A stretch of DNA of 64,000 nucleotides. Source: Hamiltosporidium tvaerminnensis FI-OER-3-3. Its lineage: Eukaryota > Fungi > Microsporidia. The DNA lies in NCBI GenBank assembly GCA_022605425.2, contig CM061255.1:310001-374000 (forward strand). The letters are read 5' to 3'. Under the pieces are notes generated by a model. That model was given only the letters and a program-made list of their open reading frames with translations. It made no database searches and was not told the origin of the DNA. This document shows positions 35,790-48,997 of the stretch, one piece after another (within the stretch, counting starts at the first letter, position 1; each line of letters starts with the position of its first letter). Made by a program: the position numbers and the translations under genes.

Positions 35790-37349
35790 AACATCAAAAA
35801 AAATATAAAGGATTAAAAACTAAAAAAACTAAAAAAAAAGTAAACAAAAAAATGATTTCAAAAAAAATTCAAATAGGATAAATATAACGAAAGAAACATT
35901 TTATCACCTTACAAAATTAGGATCTAAGCAAAAACGCATTTGCTTTTTTTACATAATCTATTTGTGTGACATTTAAATAATTTCCACTAATTCTACTTAT
36001 AAGAACACATACCAGATATGTTTTAAAATATCACTTTTTAAAGATTAGAGTCTTTATGTATGCTTGGATATCTCATTACCAATTTGATTTTTAAATACAT
36101 TTCTTCCTTTATATAAGCAAAAACTATTTTAAAAGACAGCATCGAGATTTCTAATTGAGAAAAATTTAGTATCATATCTATTATTTTTTTCATATGCTTC
36201 AAAGTTTTCAATATTTTTAAACTAAGACATGTACTGTAATGTAATATTTTGCCTACCTTTATATATTATTTTATCAGAAACGTAAATTTTTTAATATTCA
36301 CAAATTGTTTTTCATAAAAAAATTAAAGGAATGTTCGAATAACGATAATTTTTTACTTTAACGAATCATATATATTTCCATTAATTTCATATGCTAGAAA
36401 GATTGAAAATTATAACGGTCTAATAGACTACATATTAAATATCCAAATCTGTTAAAATACCATATATAACATCAAAATTTAAATTTATAAAAATATATAA
36501 ATCACGGAATTAATGTATTCATGTTTAGAATATTAAAATGGCCAAGGATCTTAACCTTTTAATCATTTGAATTATAAATTCAAAAAAAAGAATATATTTG
36601 TCAATCTTAGATAACATATAAATAAAAAAAATAATAAATATATGGACATACATTGCTGTAAAACATAATTTATGTACACATTATAGAAAAAATTTCTTAA
36701 CTAGCATCTCTTTGTTCAAATAAAAGATAGACGACGATGCGCGAAAATACTTTAAAGGATATATAAAAAATTTTAACAAAAAAACTTTATGAGATGAATA
36801 AAACAATATACTAGTGGCTTTATTTATTGAACATTAACTAAAATTTGAGATTTTTCTATAGCGTTATAATAATATATTTGCTAAGTTTTGAATTATGAAT
36901 ATAACTGCACAGAAAAGAAAAAGCAAAATATAGAGGCATATTTGCCAATAATAATTTACTCAAAAAAATAATGGTAGATTTAATAATTCAAATGTTTAAA
37001 ATAGATAGACAAGCATCATTTATAAAATTCTAAAATTTTAATTTTTGGATCTCAAATCAGTATCAAGCATAAATTTCTGTTTGGTAATGAATAAAAAATT
37101 TTTTGTTAACCATTGAAAAATTGGATTTTTAAGTTATCACTTAACGGATCTAATATTAAGAAAATTTAGAAAAACAAATATATTAAAATAAAAGAATGAA
37201 TTGAGTGAAATTTTTGTATTATATAAAAATAATAGATTCTTGGCACTACAGAGTTACCAAATTACATTAAAAAGAAATATATACCAGAAATATAAAATTA
37301 ATTCAATAGATTGAACAAAGACAATAAAAATATAAGGTAGATAATAAGC

Positions 37350-37407
37350 GACGAGAGATGATCACCACCTCCACGTGGTTCTCGTTGGGTAACGCTAAGT
37401 GTGATCA
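37350..37407 (+). ncRNA. Minimal HDV-like ribozyme forming the 5' end of the element
   Basis: 56/58 identical to 35732-35789. J4/2 GCUAA with catalytic C at 37395. G1 directly follows the TSD. Confidence 0.9.
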
Positions 37408-38057
37408 AGCAAAACCCCCTTACGGTTTTATGTTACGACGGAATGTACTATAGTTTTACGTGGCGTTAAGCGCCGTTCCAACGGGAACAGCAAGTTGCTC
37501 AATCGGTGAGCATATTTCTTCTGGGGCGATACAAAGAGGTAAATGCGACTGCGACGCAACGAGATTCTCGGTTTACCTAGGCACTTGTCGATGCTAAAAC
37601 CCTTACTTTAACATCAAGATGAGTCTACCTGAATGTGATTGGATCGAAGATTCCATTAGGAATCAAATTGTGTTTGAAATCTTCTTATACTAAGGAAAAG
37701 AAAGGTATAAAAAGTGCTCTTGGAAGGGGAGTGGCAAGCTGCTGGGCTGCAGCAAATTTGTTCGGCACAGTTAAAGACTTAACAAATCAGAAATGATATG
37801 TTGAAGACTTGACGTGCCGGACGTTAATGTGTAAGTGTGGGATTTTAGGGATTTTTATGTGACCTTCTAGAACCGAAGTCCAAATGTGGATATGGTGGCT
37901 GTACACAGCCGGGTCGGTTTTATTGGATTTTTGTTTTTGAGTGTGGTGCATGGTATGGAAATGAATAGCTTAGTTTCCCTTTAAAAACAATACAACGAGT
38001 AGTGCTGAAAACTTTTTATCAATAAAGCCGAATTTTATTTATTTATTTATTTTATTT
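37350..38057 (+). mobile_element. 708-bp non-autonomous, internally deleted LINE derivative with 5' HDV-like ribozyme
   Basis: 15-bp TSD AGGTAGATAATAAGC at 37335-37349 and 38058-38072. (TTTA)n-like tail. Segment TGTTTGAAATCTT...GTGCTCTTGGAAGGGGAGTGGCAAGC (~37672-37739) is homologous to the LINE ORF2 C-terminus at ~47233-47309. Confidence 0.9.
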
Positions 38058-41000
38058 AGGTAGATAATAAGCAAAAGTATTAAATTATAATGATTGAAGT
38101 TTATGCATAATGGTTCAAAAGTTCTATTTTTATCAAAAAAATTAAATTTGAATATGAATTTTAAGTTAGCACAATTCTAAAAATTATGAAAATATACAAT
38201 AATTGAATGATTATACCCTTTTGTCAATAGTAAAAAACCTATTGGATTATCTTTATAAAAATATAGCAAGCAGACAACATGATTTGTCACAAGGAATGCA
38301 TATTTCCTATAATATAATGGGTTTTAAATTGATCTTAGAACAATATATTTTTAATGTTATATTATATAATTTAAAAATCTTAAAAATCCTTATATTTATA
38401 TGAATTTTATGGTAATTAATGCCAAAATGATAAAATAATATTAAGAGATATTAAAATTGGTTTTAAAATGATTAACATATAGTAATATGACTATAAATTA
38501 ATCCAAAAATTTTGTTTTAGTTCAATTAACGGAAAAATTCATAAATATAAACGAAATAAAAAAGACTTTACAACATATATATTTATTAAATCGCGTCACA
38601 GTATATGAACAGCAATTGTTTAAATCGTTTCACAACAGCTAACAACTTATTAAGTAAACCACAATCTTTTATCCCGTAAAAATTGATTTAAGTCGTTTAA
38701 TGAATGTTTCTTAAAACAGAAATTTTTCCAATCAAAATAGTCGTTAAACCATACATAACCTCCTCTTTTTTTTAATTTCGATGAGCTTTATTAATGTTAA
38801 TGCTGCAATATTCTGCAAGAATAAAATAATACACACAATTTTAATCTATATCTTTAATTTTTATGTACTGTTCATACTAAAACTTGACTAAAACTAGTTA
38901 TAATTACAATTTTTAAAGAAAATAAAAATCCACATGCATAGGGAATATGAAGTAAAAACTAAATAAACCGTAAATATACAAACCAGAATTATATAAATTA
39001 TCTTGAGTGAAATTTATTTGAAATTAACGTCTTTAACTATAGAATGAATGTTACTTTTCTTAAATTTACCATTTGCTGAAGTATTTAAATAATAGGTTTT
39101 CGAAATCATAATGGAAGCGTCTATTCCATAAAAAAATATAGAAAACTGCAAATGTAATTATAAAATGTTTCGTAAAATTTTGTTTTGTAATTTATATTGG
39201 TTTTCTATTCAACTTCCATTGAAGCTTACAATTAAATGACCATGATGTGTAGAACCCTATTAAAAAAAACGTACAAAGTATTGTAAGTACAATATAAAAC
39301 CAAATTTCACGTTTCGGTTTGAATAAAAATAATTATAAATAATTTAAGAAGAGGTTAGTTAATGTCTAATTATTTTATATCCAAGAGAAAAAAATTTTGT
39401 TTTATCAAAATAATAAATACGGAAACAATTTTTTCAGAATAAAATAAAGGTATAAAAAATTTAAAACAATAAAGAATTAGAAGAACATTAACAATTTATT
39501 AAAATTTATGCTAATATTTCATGGTCTAAAACGAAAAATTTTTATTTCGTTAATCATAATAATTTTATACTTCAACTAGCAGTAAAGAAGTAAATCACTG
39601 ACTGAAATTTTATAAATTAGAATCGAATTTTCTTCTTTATAAAGTAAGAATAAGATATATTTTCTCTTTAATTTAAAAAAGTTTTTGTGATCTAAATTCA
39701 CTTTGGAATGCCGTTTTTACCAATATTTAAAACACATTCCCAATCATAGCATAAATAAATTGTAACAGAAACCAATAAAGATGACTTATATGCGCCTTGT
39801 ATTAATCAGATATCAGATCGAAAAAGACGGATATTCCGAGATATTAAAAACAAAAAACAATTCAAAATATACAACTTTAAAATTAATAATTTTATAAACA
39901 AAAAGAAATATTTTAATATAAATGTCGTATATTAAGGCTTTTAAAGCCGTTAATAACTAACCAACTATTGTACATTCATCATGGTGTAATTTATCTTATT
40001 CTAACGTATAAGTTTGACATATATACCACAATTTTCAAGGTTTAAAGCCGTATTTCAGGGTGAGAATATTCCTGTACCCTTCTCAAATATATAAAAAATG
40101 AACATTTTAATCAAAGTAAAACAACTGTCTAGCCTATGATTAAGCCATAAAACGGAACATTTTTACTTTAGCATAACTGCATTCAAACTTTATTTATGTT
40201 ACATTCTTTATATTCACTATATATTCGAAATTTTTTTATAAAATTAAAATATAAGAGTAATAAAGGATGGTGTTATTTTATCTATAAATTACATAGATAT
40301 GATCACAATATATAAAAACAAAATATCTTATAGAAAAAAAGTTTTGAGTTGAAATCGAAGGGGCTGAATAGTCAGATAGAAAAATTCTTGTAGATAATAA
40401 TCCTACTGTTTACTTATATACGAAATATACGATCGTGTATATATTATACTACATTTTAATAAAATATCCGAAAACTTTTTTAATTTTGTATATTTGGCAG
40501 TTGTTTATATAAAAGTTATTTGATCTTGTTACAATGTCAGGCTAATAAAATCAATAATTTTGTGAGATTATAGTGTAATTTTGGGTTTTTCACATGTTAG
40601 GTTCTATGTGCATTTAAAAATAACAAGGCGACCGTGTTTCTTTATATAGTACTAGTCATCGGAACGAGATGATTTGATTTGTAAAAAAGGCTTTTAACTA
40701 GATATATTCTCATGTGTGTTAGTTGCACAAGTAATTAAATCTAACATTGTTAAATTAAAAAAGAAGACGTGTGATACCTACTCTATTATGCTATTATCTC
40801 AAAATTTAATCCCTTCATGTTCGATATAATTCTTTCATAGAACAAGATCAAAATATTTAATTTATATTGTGAGCAGTTTCGCATTAGTCAACCAATATCA
40901 TGTGTTATATCATTTTTAAGCATTAGAATTTATAATATAACCAGAGGGCTTTATAATTTTCTTACATTACATGGATTTTTAGTTAATTTCTTGCTTGGCT

Positions 41001-42424
41001 TTTCTAAAGTTCCAAAAAAGAAATATACTATTAATACGTTAAAGTAAAAAAGATTTTTCTGCTCTATTCATTTTTTTGGTCTTTTATGTGATATTTTAAG
41101 CGAGACCTATGATAGAATAACCATTTTGAAACAGCGTCCAGGAATATTCTTTAACTGAATACCTGTTCTTAAATAGCCCCAAAGATAAGTTTATAGTAAA
41201 CGCGAGGATGGTGTAAAACGTATCATAAACGCCTTTTTATTGTATTATTTTTCTCTGCATAAAGTTTTTCTGTAATACCAGAATTTTTTTGATTTTCAAC
41301 TTCAAAGAAATTCAGATTATTTTAAAGATATATGATTCACTAAGATAATGTAGGTCAGCGTTAGTAACTATTATCTCATGCAAATAATATGTATATTATT
41401 AGATATAATATAAATCAATTACATCGTTTTGTAATTTAAAAAATGGAACTCTCTTATATCCTTAATGAGATTCAGAAAACTAAAAGGATTTTCTTTAAAA
41501 AATATATTTTTCTTTAGATTTTTGTTAATCCTAAAACCAGTTTAAATAACCCAGATAATTTAAAAATTTGTTTTTTTAATGGTGTATATGAAAGATTTAT
41601 ATCTTACAGTCCTAAATGTTTTTTATAATTTTGACTAGTTCTAATCTTTTCGAAACGCAGTAATTGTTAAAACAGATTTGAAAAACATTTTTACGACTAA
41701 CATTTTTCTTTAAATACGTTTTTTACTACAAAAATATAATAGATTTATATTTTAAATTCTTGCATTTTATACAATCATCCTTAGGGTTATATATCTGTTA
41801 AATGTTTATTATATTTGTAAGTAATATATTTATTAGATGGAATATAAATACAAGAATAGAAAGAAAAGCACCAAGCACTCAATAAAGTGAGCAAAGAAAT
41901 GTACAAAAAAATTTAAGCAAAATTTAGATGGTAAATATAGATAGGCATACTTGATATTTTTCTCCATATATTCTGTATTTAGATATAATAAACTAAAAAT
42001 ATTTTTAGTATAATAAGAATAAAAAAGAAAAATGCAGGTATACGATCAGAAGAAATAATAAAATAAGAAAATTTTAAAATTTTCTTTTGAAAATAAATCC
42101 GGGAGTAAAAATATATTTATAAATCGAGAAATAGAAACCAAATGTATGACGACTATTGTGTTGTAAGGCGCCCATGGGCAAAAGAAAAATATCGGGAGCG
42201 GTTGAAAATCGCAAAAAATCAAGATGTGAGAATACGGGTGTGAAGAGTAGGAATTTCGACGACTTTGTTTCCAGCTCATCGAGGACTAGCCACCCTCGAG
42301 TTGTGAGCCCAATCGACTGTTTTTTTCGGCGTCTTCGAAACAGGAGGAGTGTGCGGCAGCCACGCACAAGGAGAGTAAAAAGTGTACAGATAATAGGAAT
42401 GTAAAGAGTTTTTTTGGGACAAGC

Positions 42425-43723
42425 ATGCCAAAGCACACACGGGATGTGCCGCTGACCAGCCAGCGAAGTTTCCCGGAGGAGAAAGAGGCACAGACTTTGT
42501 CTGTTCTTTATGCACTTGCTTCTAAGAAAATAACACTACTTGAAAAAAGAGTGGAAAAATTAGAAGAAGAGGAAAAGAGATATAAAAAAACTCTTATGTT
42601 GGCAAAGACCAACTCGATTGCTTTATGGGTACACTTTAAAGGAATTGAGAAGCTACGTAAAGTACCTAAAAGGTCGCGTAGGTGCCGTACTCACAAGTAC
42701 ATGATAACGGCTGTAGCACCTGTTTCCTTGGTTAGGCTAGAGGCAGGAGCCAGAGACCCTCAGGCTAATCCAGCAGCCAGTGAGTTAGTCTGCAATGCTG
42801 CAGAACTAACAGAGAAACCACTCGAGCAGAATTTGGTGGTAAATGAGGCGAAATCTCAGTCTTTCGGGCCAACTTTGGCTGCACGATCTGCATTGGCAAA
42901 AGCTCGATCTTTGGTTAAACAGATCGTGTTAAGGACAGGCATTTTTACTGATCTGACTGCAAATGCTGTTGACTCTCTTGCTGCTGGAATCTGCCCAGTG
43001 GAAGTGCAGATCTGCAACGCAGCAGAATCTCAAGGCTTACAAGCTGAACGTGCAATGAATGTAAGTCATCAAGGGGCAAGGCCTGTTGAATGTGGTACGG
43101 GCAATACCACACTGCCTCCGATAGCAACTCCTCGTTCTATCGAAAAAAATTTACCTGAAAAGACTTCCGTAAGTGCTTCGGGAAAAGGTCTTAAGGATAA
43201 AAATAAGGAATTATTTGAGAGCAAAGCAACTGGTAACCCAGCCAGTAAACCGAGAGCCGTCAAATTGCAGACTGCTAAAAAGCCTTCCTTCGATCGTACT
43301 AAGGCACCTTCGAAGCAGAGTAGAGGGAAAATTAACCTAAACAGAGCACAGTGTGAGGATGTTGTGCAAGGCAAATCACCATTTGTCTTGAATAGGTTTG
43401 TGCTCCTTTACTTAGTTGGAGTTAAAGTGAACAAACCCGCTTATTTAAGAGCAGTCTTGGAGAATGGGGGCGTTTAATCTCACTATGTAAAGCACGTAGG
43501 CTTCACTAAAGAAGGCCTGTTAGAGTTGCTTGTTAATGCTAACAGTGTGGATAAAGTTAAAGCCATTTTTACAGGTTTTAAAGGTGTTAAGACGTTTGAT
43601 AATTATCTTAACAAAGGCAGTTTCGAAGAGATTGGAGAGCGGTTATCTGAACTTAAGCGCAGACTCTCATGGGTCGAGCGATTTAAAGATAACCCGCCGG
43701 TTAGGAGGTTCCTTAGATTATGA
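42425..43723 (+). pseudogene. LINE ORF1-like reading frame with premature stop
   Basis: ORFs 42425-43477 and 43526-43723 are in the same frame, separated by one TAA. Coiled-coil-like LEKRVEKLEEEEKR. Confidence 0.65.
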
Positions 43724-44143
43724 AGCATATTTGCGCTCGGAATGCCTCTCAAGAAGCCTCGAAAATCTTCTACGGATTAGAAGATGTGGTACTTGAGGAG
43801 CCAAAGAGCTCCTCTAGCCTATAGTCAGGACTGTCAGAACTGTTGACACCTGCCAATAGATATAGCCGTGCAAAGCAGGTCCCGCGGTATACTCTGTCTG
43901 GGGTGTACCGCATAGGCATCGTAGTGTTTTTGCTAAAACACTAGAGACGAGAGGATACAAAGGTAAGCCTGTCAAGCGAGTTATACAGCGAGATGGACGT
44001 AAACGACTTGATGTGACTGTTGAGAGTGGGATAGACCCGGAAACAGTGCAAGCTGTGAGTAGGAAACATCTTGGGTACTGCAAAACCCATACACTAGGGA
44101 GAAAAAAGCTGTCAGAATTTGCACGGAATCGTATAGTAATCTT

Positions 44144-47100
44144 AGATTACTTACGCTGAATGTAAATTCCTTTGGATCAAAACGAGAGGAGGTTCTAATG
44201 CTGCCCGGTAAACTCCACCCAGACATTCTATGTCTCCAAGAGACATTACGCTACACAAGGAATTCTCGGAACGTTATTCCGGGATACGAGGTATTTGAAA
44301 GCTTTGCCAAAAAGGAGGAAAAAGATGGTAGAGGACTGATTTTAGCTGTGCGTCGTAAGTTAGATCTTACGTTATCTTCAGTTGAAGTACATCCTAACTT
44401 CTTAGCTGGAATTGTTTGTGGCAAAAAAGCGACTGGTGGCTAGTTAATAATGCTTGTTGTTAACGTGTACATTCCTCCGAAATGTTCACTATATGGCAAC
44501 AGAGCGAAAACGCTCGAAGCTCTAGGATCTTTTCTTGTTAGTAAAAACAAGAAAAACGGTTTGGATGATATTCTAGTCATGGGCGACTGGAATATGACTC
44601 CAGAAGAGGCTGCTAGGTTCCTGGCTGTCAACAACCTCTATTGCACGAATAAATGGTTATTCGAAGCACCGCGAGCTACACGTGCAGCAGCACACGGCGC
44701 CAATAGATGCATTGACTCTGCCTGTATCCGAAAAGAGAGTGGCGGAGGTAGTTGAGGTGCAAAGGAAATGGGATATCTCGGTTCACCTTCCTGCTACTGT
44801 TGACGTTAGGGTGGACACGCTCACACGAGCTGTACGCAAGAAAGCGCTCTTTTTACGCAAGTTTGTGGAGCAGTCACTTGCTGAAAAGCTTATAAGCTGT
44901 CCGACCTGGAACAGTTTCGGTCACAATACGGATCTTGGGATTTATGTTGCAGAAACTGTTAAAGAAGTAGTAAAAAAGTTAGGTCTTGAAGGTACTTTTT
45001 CAGATGGAAATAGTCTTTTTTTGCCTCGGAAGCTTAAAAAATCTATTAAATATAAACGGAGAGTTGCTCCCGAAATGAGAGCCAGCCGAGCTCATCCGAA
45101 CGCCTATGCTGTCCTCAAACGAAAGTGCGAGGAAATGAAGCGTCTATATAGGCGGCAGCTGAGAATAAAGTGGGCGCGAAAAGGTATTGTGGCGGCAACA
45201 AACCGCTGCATGAGAGACGTGTGGCAGTGGACGAGGAGGTCTGCTGGAATGCCCAAATTCTCGGCTGCCAATCGCACGGTTTTGGATGAAAAAGGCCAAA
45301 TTGCTTCGGATGAGACGACAGTGTTGCAGGTCTGGTACAACCACTTTCGTTCCTTAGCAACAATGAATGATGAGTTACAGAGCAAAGACACTTAAATGGA
45401 GTGTCTTATTGAAGATAACGGAACTCATTAGAATCATTTGATTGCTGTGCAAGAGGTTATTTCAGCGCTGCACAAGTCAGCAAGCAACAAAGCATGTGGT
45501 ATAGATGAGGTAACAGTAGAAGCGTACAAAGCTCTACTAATGGATACTCATGGCGTAAGTCTGATGGATTAGCAGATTTTACATGTGCTGAATGACGCCT
45601 GGACAAATAGAATACCTGACAGCTGGAGAGTGTCAGTCATAGTACCGGTACCGAAGAAAGGTGATTTACGAAAGCCTGGAAACTACCGCGGAATATGTCT
45701 GATTAACACCTTTCTTAAACTGCTGTGTAAGGTTGTGGAACGCCGAATGCGTTTGTATGTTGAGAATAATAACCTCTTGTGCCGGGAACAAGCTGGTTTT
45801 CGTACTCGAGAGGAATGTGTTGCTCAGGTGGCAACTCTTTTGGAAATTCAAAGGAGAAGATTCATTCGAGGTAGAGAGACAGTTTGCCTATTTATCGATT
45901 TCGAAAAGGCTTACGATAGAGTTCCTAATGATCTACTCCTCTTGAGACTAAAAGACAAGGCTATTCTGGAAAACTTCTGAGATTCCTTAAAGATCTGTAG
46001 ACTGATCTCCAGGTTGGTGTTAAATTAGGCGATAAAACAACAAGCCTATTCCCATATAATATCGGTCTGCGCCAAGGCTGTCCGTTATCACCACTGTTAT
46101 TCGATCTTTTTATCGATGAAATTTTTAGAGGTGTTAACGGTATAACATGCGAGGGTCTTAATTATAGGGTTCCGGGTCTGTTGTTTGCCGATGACACTGT
46201 CCTGTTCGGTGATGATGTGGCTGCCGTACAACTCAGTATGGATAGATCATGAGGTGGTGTAATACCTGGGGAACGCGTATTAATATAGATAAGTGTAGGT
46301 TGTTACTTCCTCCAGGTCTTACAGGTAACGTAAGGATAGGTGAAAAAGCAGTCCCGGTGGTCGAAACCTACAGATACTTAGGCATTGTTTTGAACCGCAC
46401 GTTTTCTCTAAAAGAAATGCTCAATGGGAGAAAAAAAGCTGTGTTTGCGGTCCGAAAAATGCTATGCCATTCCTCTGAAGGTCAGAAGTTCTGCTTTACT
46501 TTAAACTTCTGATCATAAAGCATGCATTATACCAATTGTAATGTATGGGAGCGAATTGTGGGGAATGAGCAAGGTCAGAATAGTATCTGTAGGTTGCGGC
46601 GTTACACGTTCTTTGGCAGCAGCTTTTGGATGCGAGAGAATTTTGCCCAGCTGGCAGTTTTCAGAGAGTGTGAGATCCAGCCTTCATATGAAAAGGTAGC
46701 TATGTCACGTGTAAGAGGCTTCTTGAAATCGCAAGAAAGCAGAACGATCATCCGGGACTTGCTAAATGGTAAGTTTACAGCAGGAAGAGAACGTGAGTTA
46801 CTCAAAACCGAATCTGGAAGAAAGCTTATACTGGAAGTCCTTTATCGGGTTTGAGTAACAAAAAGAATGGCCCGTAAATTAAAGAGACTATTGTTAAAAG
46901 GCAAGACCGAGCCGATAAGTCAGTTATAGGTGGCTTACGTAAAAACTTCGGTCTTAATAGTTGATATAAGTGGATATAAGTGGATCTACGCAGAGCTAAA
47001 TAACAGGGTGTTAGCTAGAAGTATGAGGATACTGCGTAGATTCAGAATAGGACTGGTTAAATTTAGTCCGCAACTGGCAGCTTTAGGAAGTTTGCCGATT

Positions 47101-47322
47101 AGGTATAGGGAACGCTGTCTATGTTGCGAGGAACCAGTCCGAGAAACTGTAAGCCATCTAGTGTTCGTGTATAAGAGGTGGAAAGTGGAGCGATGGATGT
47201 TTACGGCTCAGGTTACGAGAAGAGTTGTAAAATGTTTGAAATCTTTTGATGCTGTGGGGAATTTAGGATTGAAAGCGTTAGGAGTGCTCTTGGAAAGGGA
47301 GTGGCAAGCGCCGCAGTTCTAA
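44144..47322 (+). pseudogene. LINE ORF2 (AP endonuclease + reverse transcriptase + CCHC-like), multiple stops and frameshifts
   Basis: APE motifs LLTLNVNS, DILCLQET, VNVYIPP, VMGDWN, RCID, ISVHLP. RT motifs KACGID, NYRGICLI, EQAGFR, FIDFEKAYDRV, GLRQGCPLSPLLF, LFADD, YRYLG. Knuckle CLCCEEPVRETVSHLVF. Confidence 0.93.
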
Positions 47323-47459
47323 ACAACGAATTGTCATACCTGAAGATCTCCAATCGGTCAATATACCAAATAGAAAATAAGTATAAAATAGAAAGTTTTG
47401 ATATTATTTATATCACAAAAATATAATATTTTTATTCTATATTTAAAAACAAAAAAAAG

Positions 47460-47970
47460 GGGTATGCCATCATGAATAAAATTAATCAAGACGATTATTC
47501 TACTATAAATATACTTCTTTACCAATAGCATTGGAACAGTGAGCAGGAAGATATCTCCTTGTTGGAGATGTACTTCAAACTTAGCTGCCTTCCCGAAAAT
47601 TACGGGAAAAGGCTAATATTTATTGTATCACAACAATAATGTTCTTTATTTTTCAAACGTTCTAAGGTCTTTCAAAATAAATCAAATTTTCTAAAATTTA
47701 TAAATATAGAAATAAATGCAAACAAGAGAAGAAGTTTTGAGAATGACATGATGAAATTAATCGACAGGTAACCACAGGAAAGGCGTCAATGACAAATATT
47801 CACAAAATTAACTAGATATCACTTCAATATTAGCCAGAAATGGTTTTTTAATTAAAAATATTCTTAGCAAGAATGCAATCTCTTTAAACAGAACGTACTT
47901 CTAATTCAGCTTTCTATCAAAAAAATAACGTTCATCAATTTTATTTTCTGCAAATTTTACAGGATGGTAT
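47460..47970 (+). pseudogene. Possible highly decayed IS630/Tc1-like DDE transposase remnant
   Basis: Fragmentary translations NIYCITT..VLYF, NIHK, FLIKNILSK and IQLSIKKI fall in the order expected for the DDE_3 C-terminal half. Weak. Confidence 0.25.
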
Positions 47971-48997
47971 GGCAAAAATAAAAAATCCGAGACTTTCAAA
48001 AACATTTTTCGATTGCAAAAATACTTGGTACTTATAGATCAAACACAGATTGTTAGCTGTGTTAAGAATTAGCAGGTTATAAGCATTATAAAGCGGGATT
48101 GAACATAATTCGTTCTTAAAATGGTATCAAGGAAGTTAAGAAAAATATAGAAGCATACAAAGAATAAAAAATGTGAGTAAAGGAGCACAAGACATAATTT
48201 AAAGAAAAAAACGAGCGGCTTAGACATTACCTATAGAGGTTCGTTCCGAGGGTTTATTTTCACCGCTAGGAATTAAAATACTTTTCCGAAGTCATTCGTA
48301 CGTTATTATTGAGCTAATTTGAAAAAAAATTAATAGATCTACACATGAGCAGTAAAATAATATTCTAACCAGAGAAATCTAAGAAAGAATTTGAGCAATA
48401 CAACCCAGTTAATACAGAATGTGTCGCTAGACAGCCAGCTTAGTTTTATGTGAATCAGTAAATGTTTTTTTTTTTCAAAACATCATCCCTTTTATATTGC
48501 TACCTTTATTTTACACAAATACTAAAACTAAAAAATTATCTAAAAAAACGTATAGACTCAATTAAAACCATTGTAAACATTTATACTATAAAATAAAATA
48601 AATTTCTATTTTTCGGCGTATCTGTGTCTTTTAGTTGTATTTTAATAAAAATTATATTTTTATAGAATAAATTGAATAACTGTTTTTTATGGTATTCTTG
48701 GATGCCAGGATTTGCGAAAAGTACCAGTATTATACAAAAAATAAAATATATTAAGCCTAATGTCATAAATTTCTATTGCATAACATCTTTTTTTGTTCCA
48801 TTATGTATAGCATATTAAAATTTTATAGTGCAAAAATATAATATTATAGGATTTTATAACATTTTTACAATATCAATTAGAATCATCTCTAAATAAAAAT
48901 GCAAAAGAACTGAAAAGCGCAATAGACACAAAAAACATTTGTTTGTATTATATAATTAACTATTTTTCTAGAAAAACCAAACGAAATAATCTTAAGG

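Larger units (their letters stand above)
35085..40722 (+). repeat. Left arm of large inverted repeat (pairs with 58384-64000; probably extends further left because the partner arm leaves the window)
   Basis: Near-identical reverse complement: 35085 pairs with 64000 and 35732 with 63353. The duplicated ORF calls at 38203(+) and 60690(-) are a by-product. Confidence 0.97.
42145..47322 (+). mobile_element. Decayed APE-type non-LTR retrotransposon (LINE); both ends apparently lost
   Basis: GC-richer 5.2 kb block with ORF1-like and APE-RT-zinc knuckle ORF2 remnants. No tail or TSD found. Confidence 0.93.

Noticed and set aside
35790-37334. 5S rRNA or tRNA genes linked to the rDNA
   Set aside because: No 5S or tRNA motifs recognisable by eye here or elsewhere in the window.
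37350-37407. Duplicated piece of LSU rRNA
   Set aside because: The shared 58 nt lie beyond the terminal LSU helix and match a ribozyme fold exactly; no rRNA sequence is duplicated.
38203-38403. Duplicated small gene (with 60690-60881)
   Set aside because: TTG start, no CCC motif, low complexity; duplicated only because it lies in the inverted repeat arm.
42046-42515. Ribozyme or TSD at the 5' end of the large LINE, and overlapping short ORFs there
   Set aside because: No HDV-like fold or matching TSD found; the element seems truncated and the short ORFs are shadow frames.
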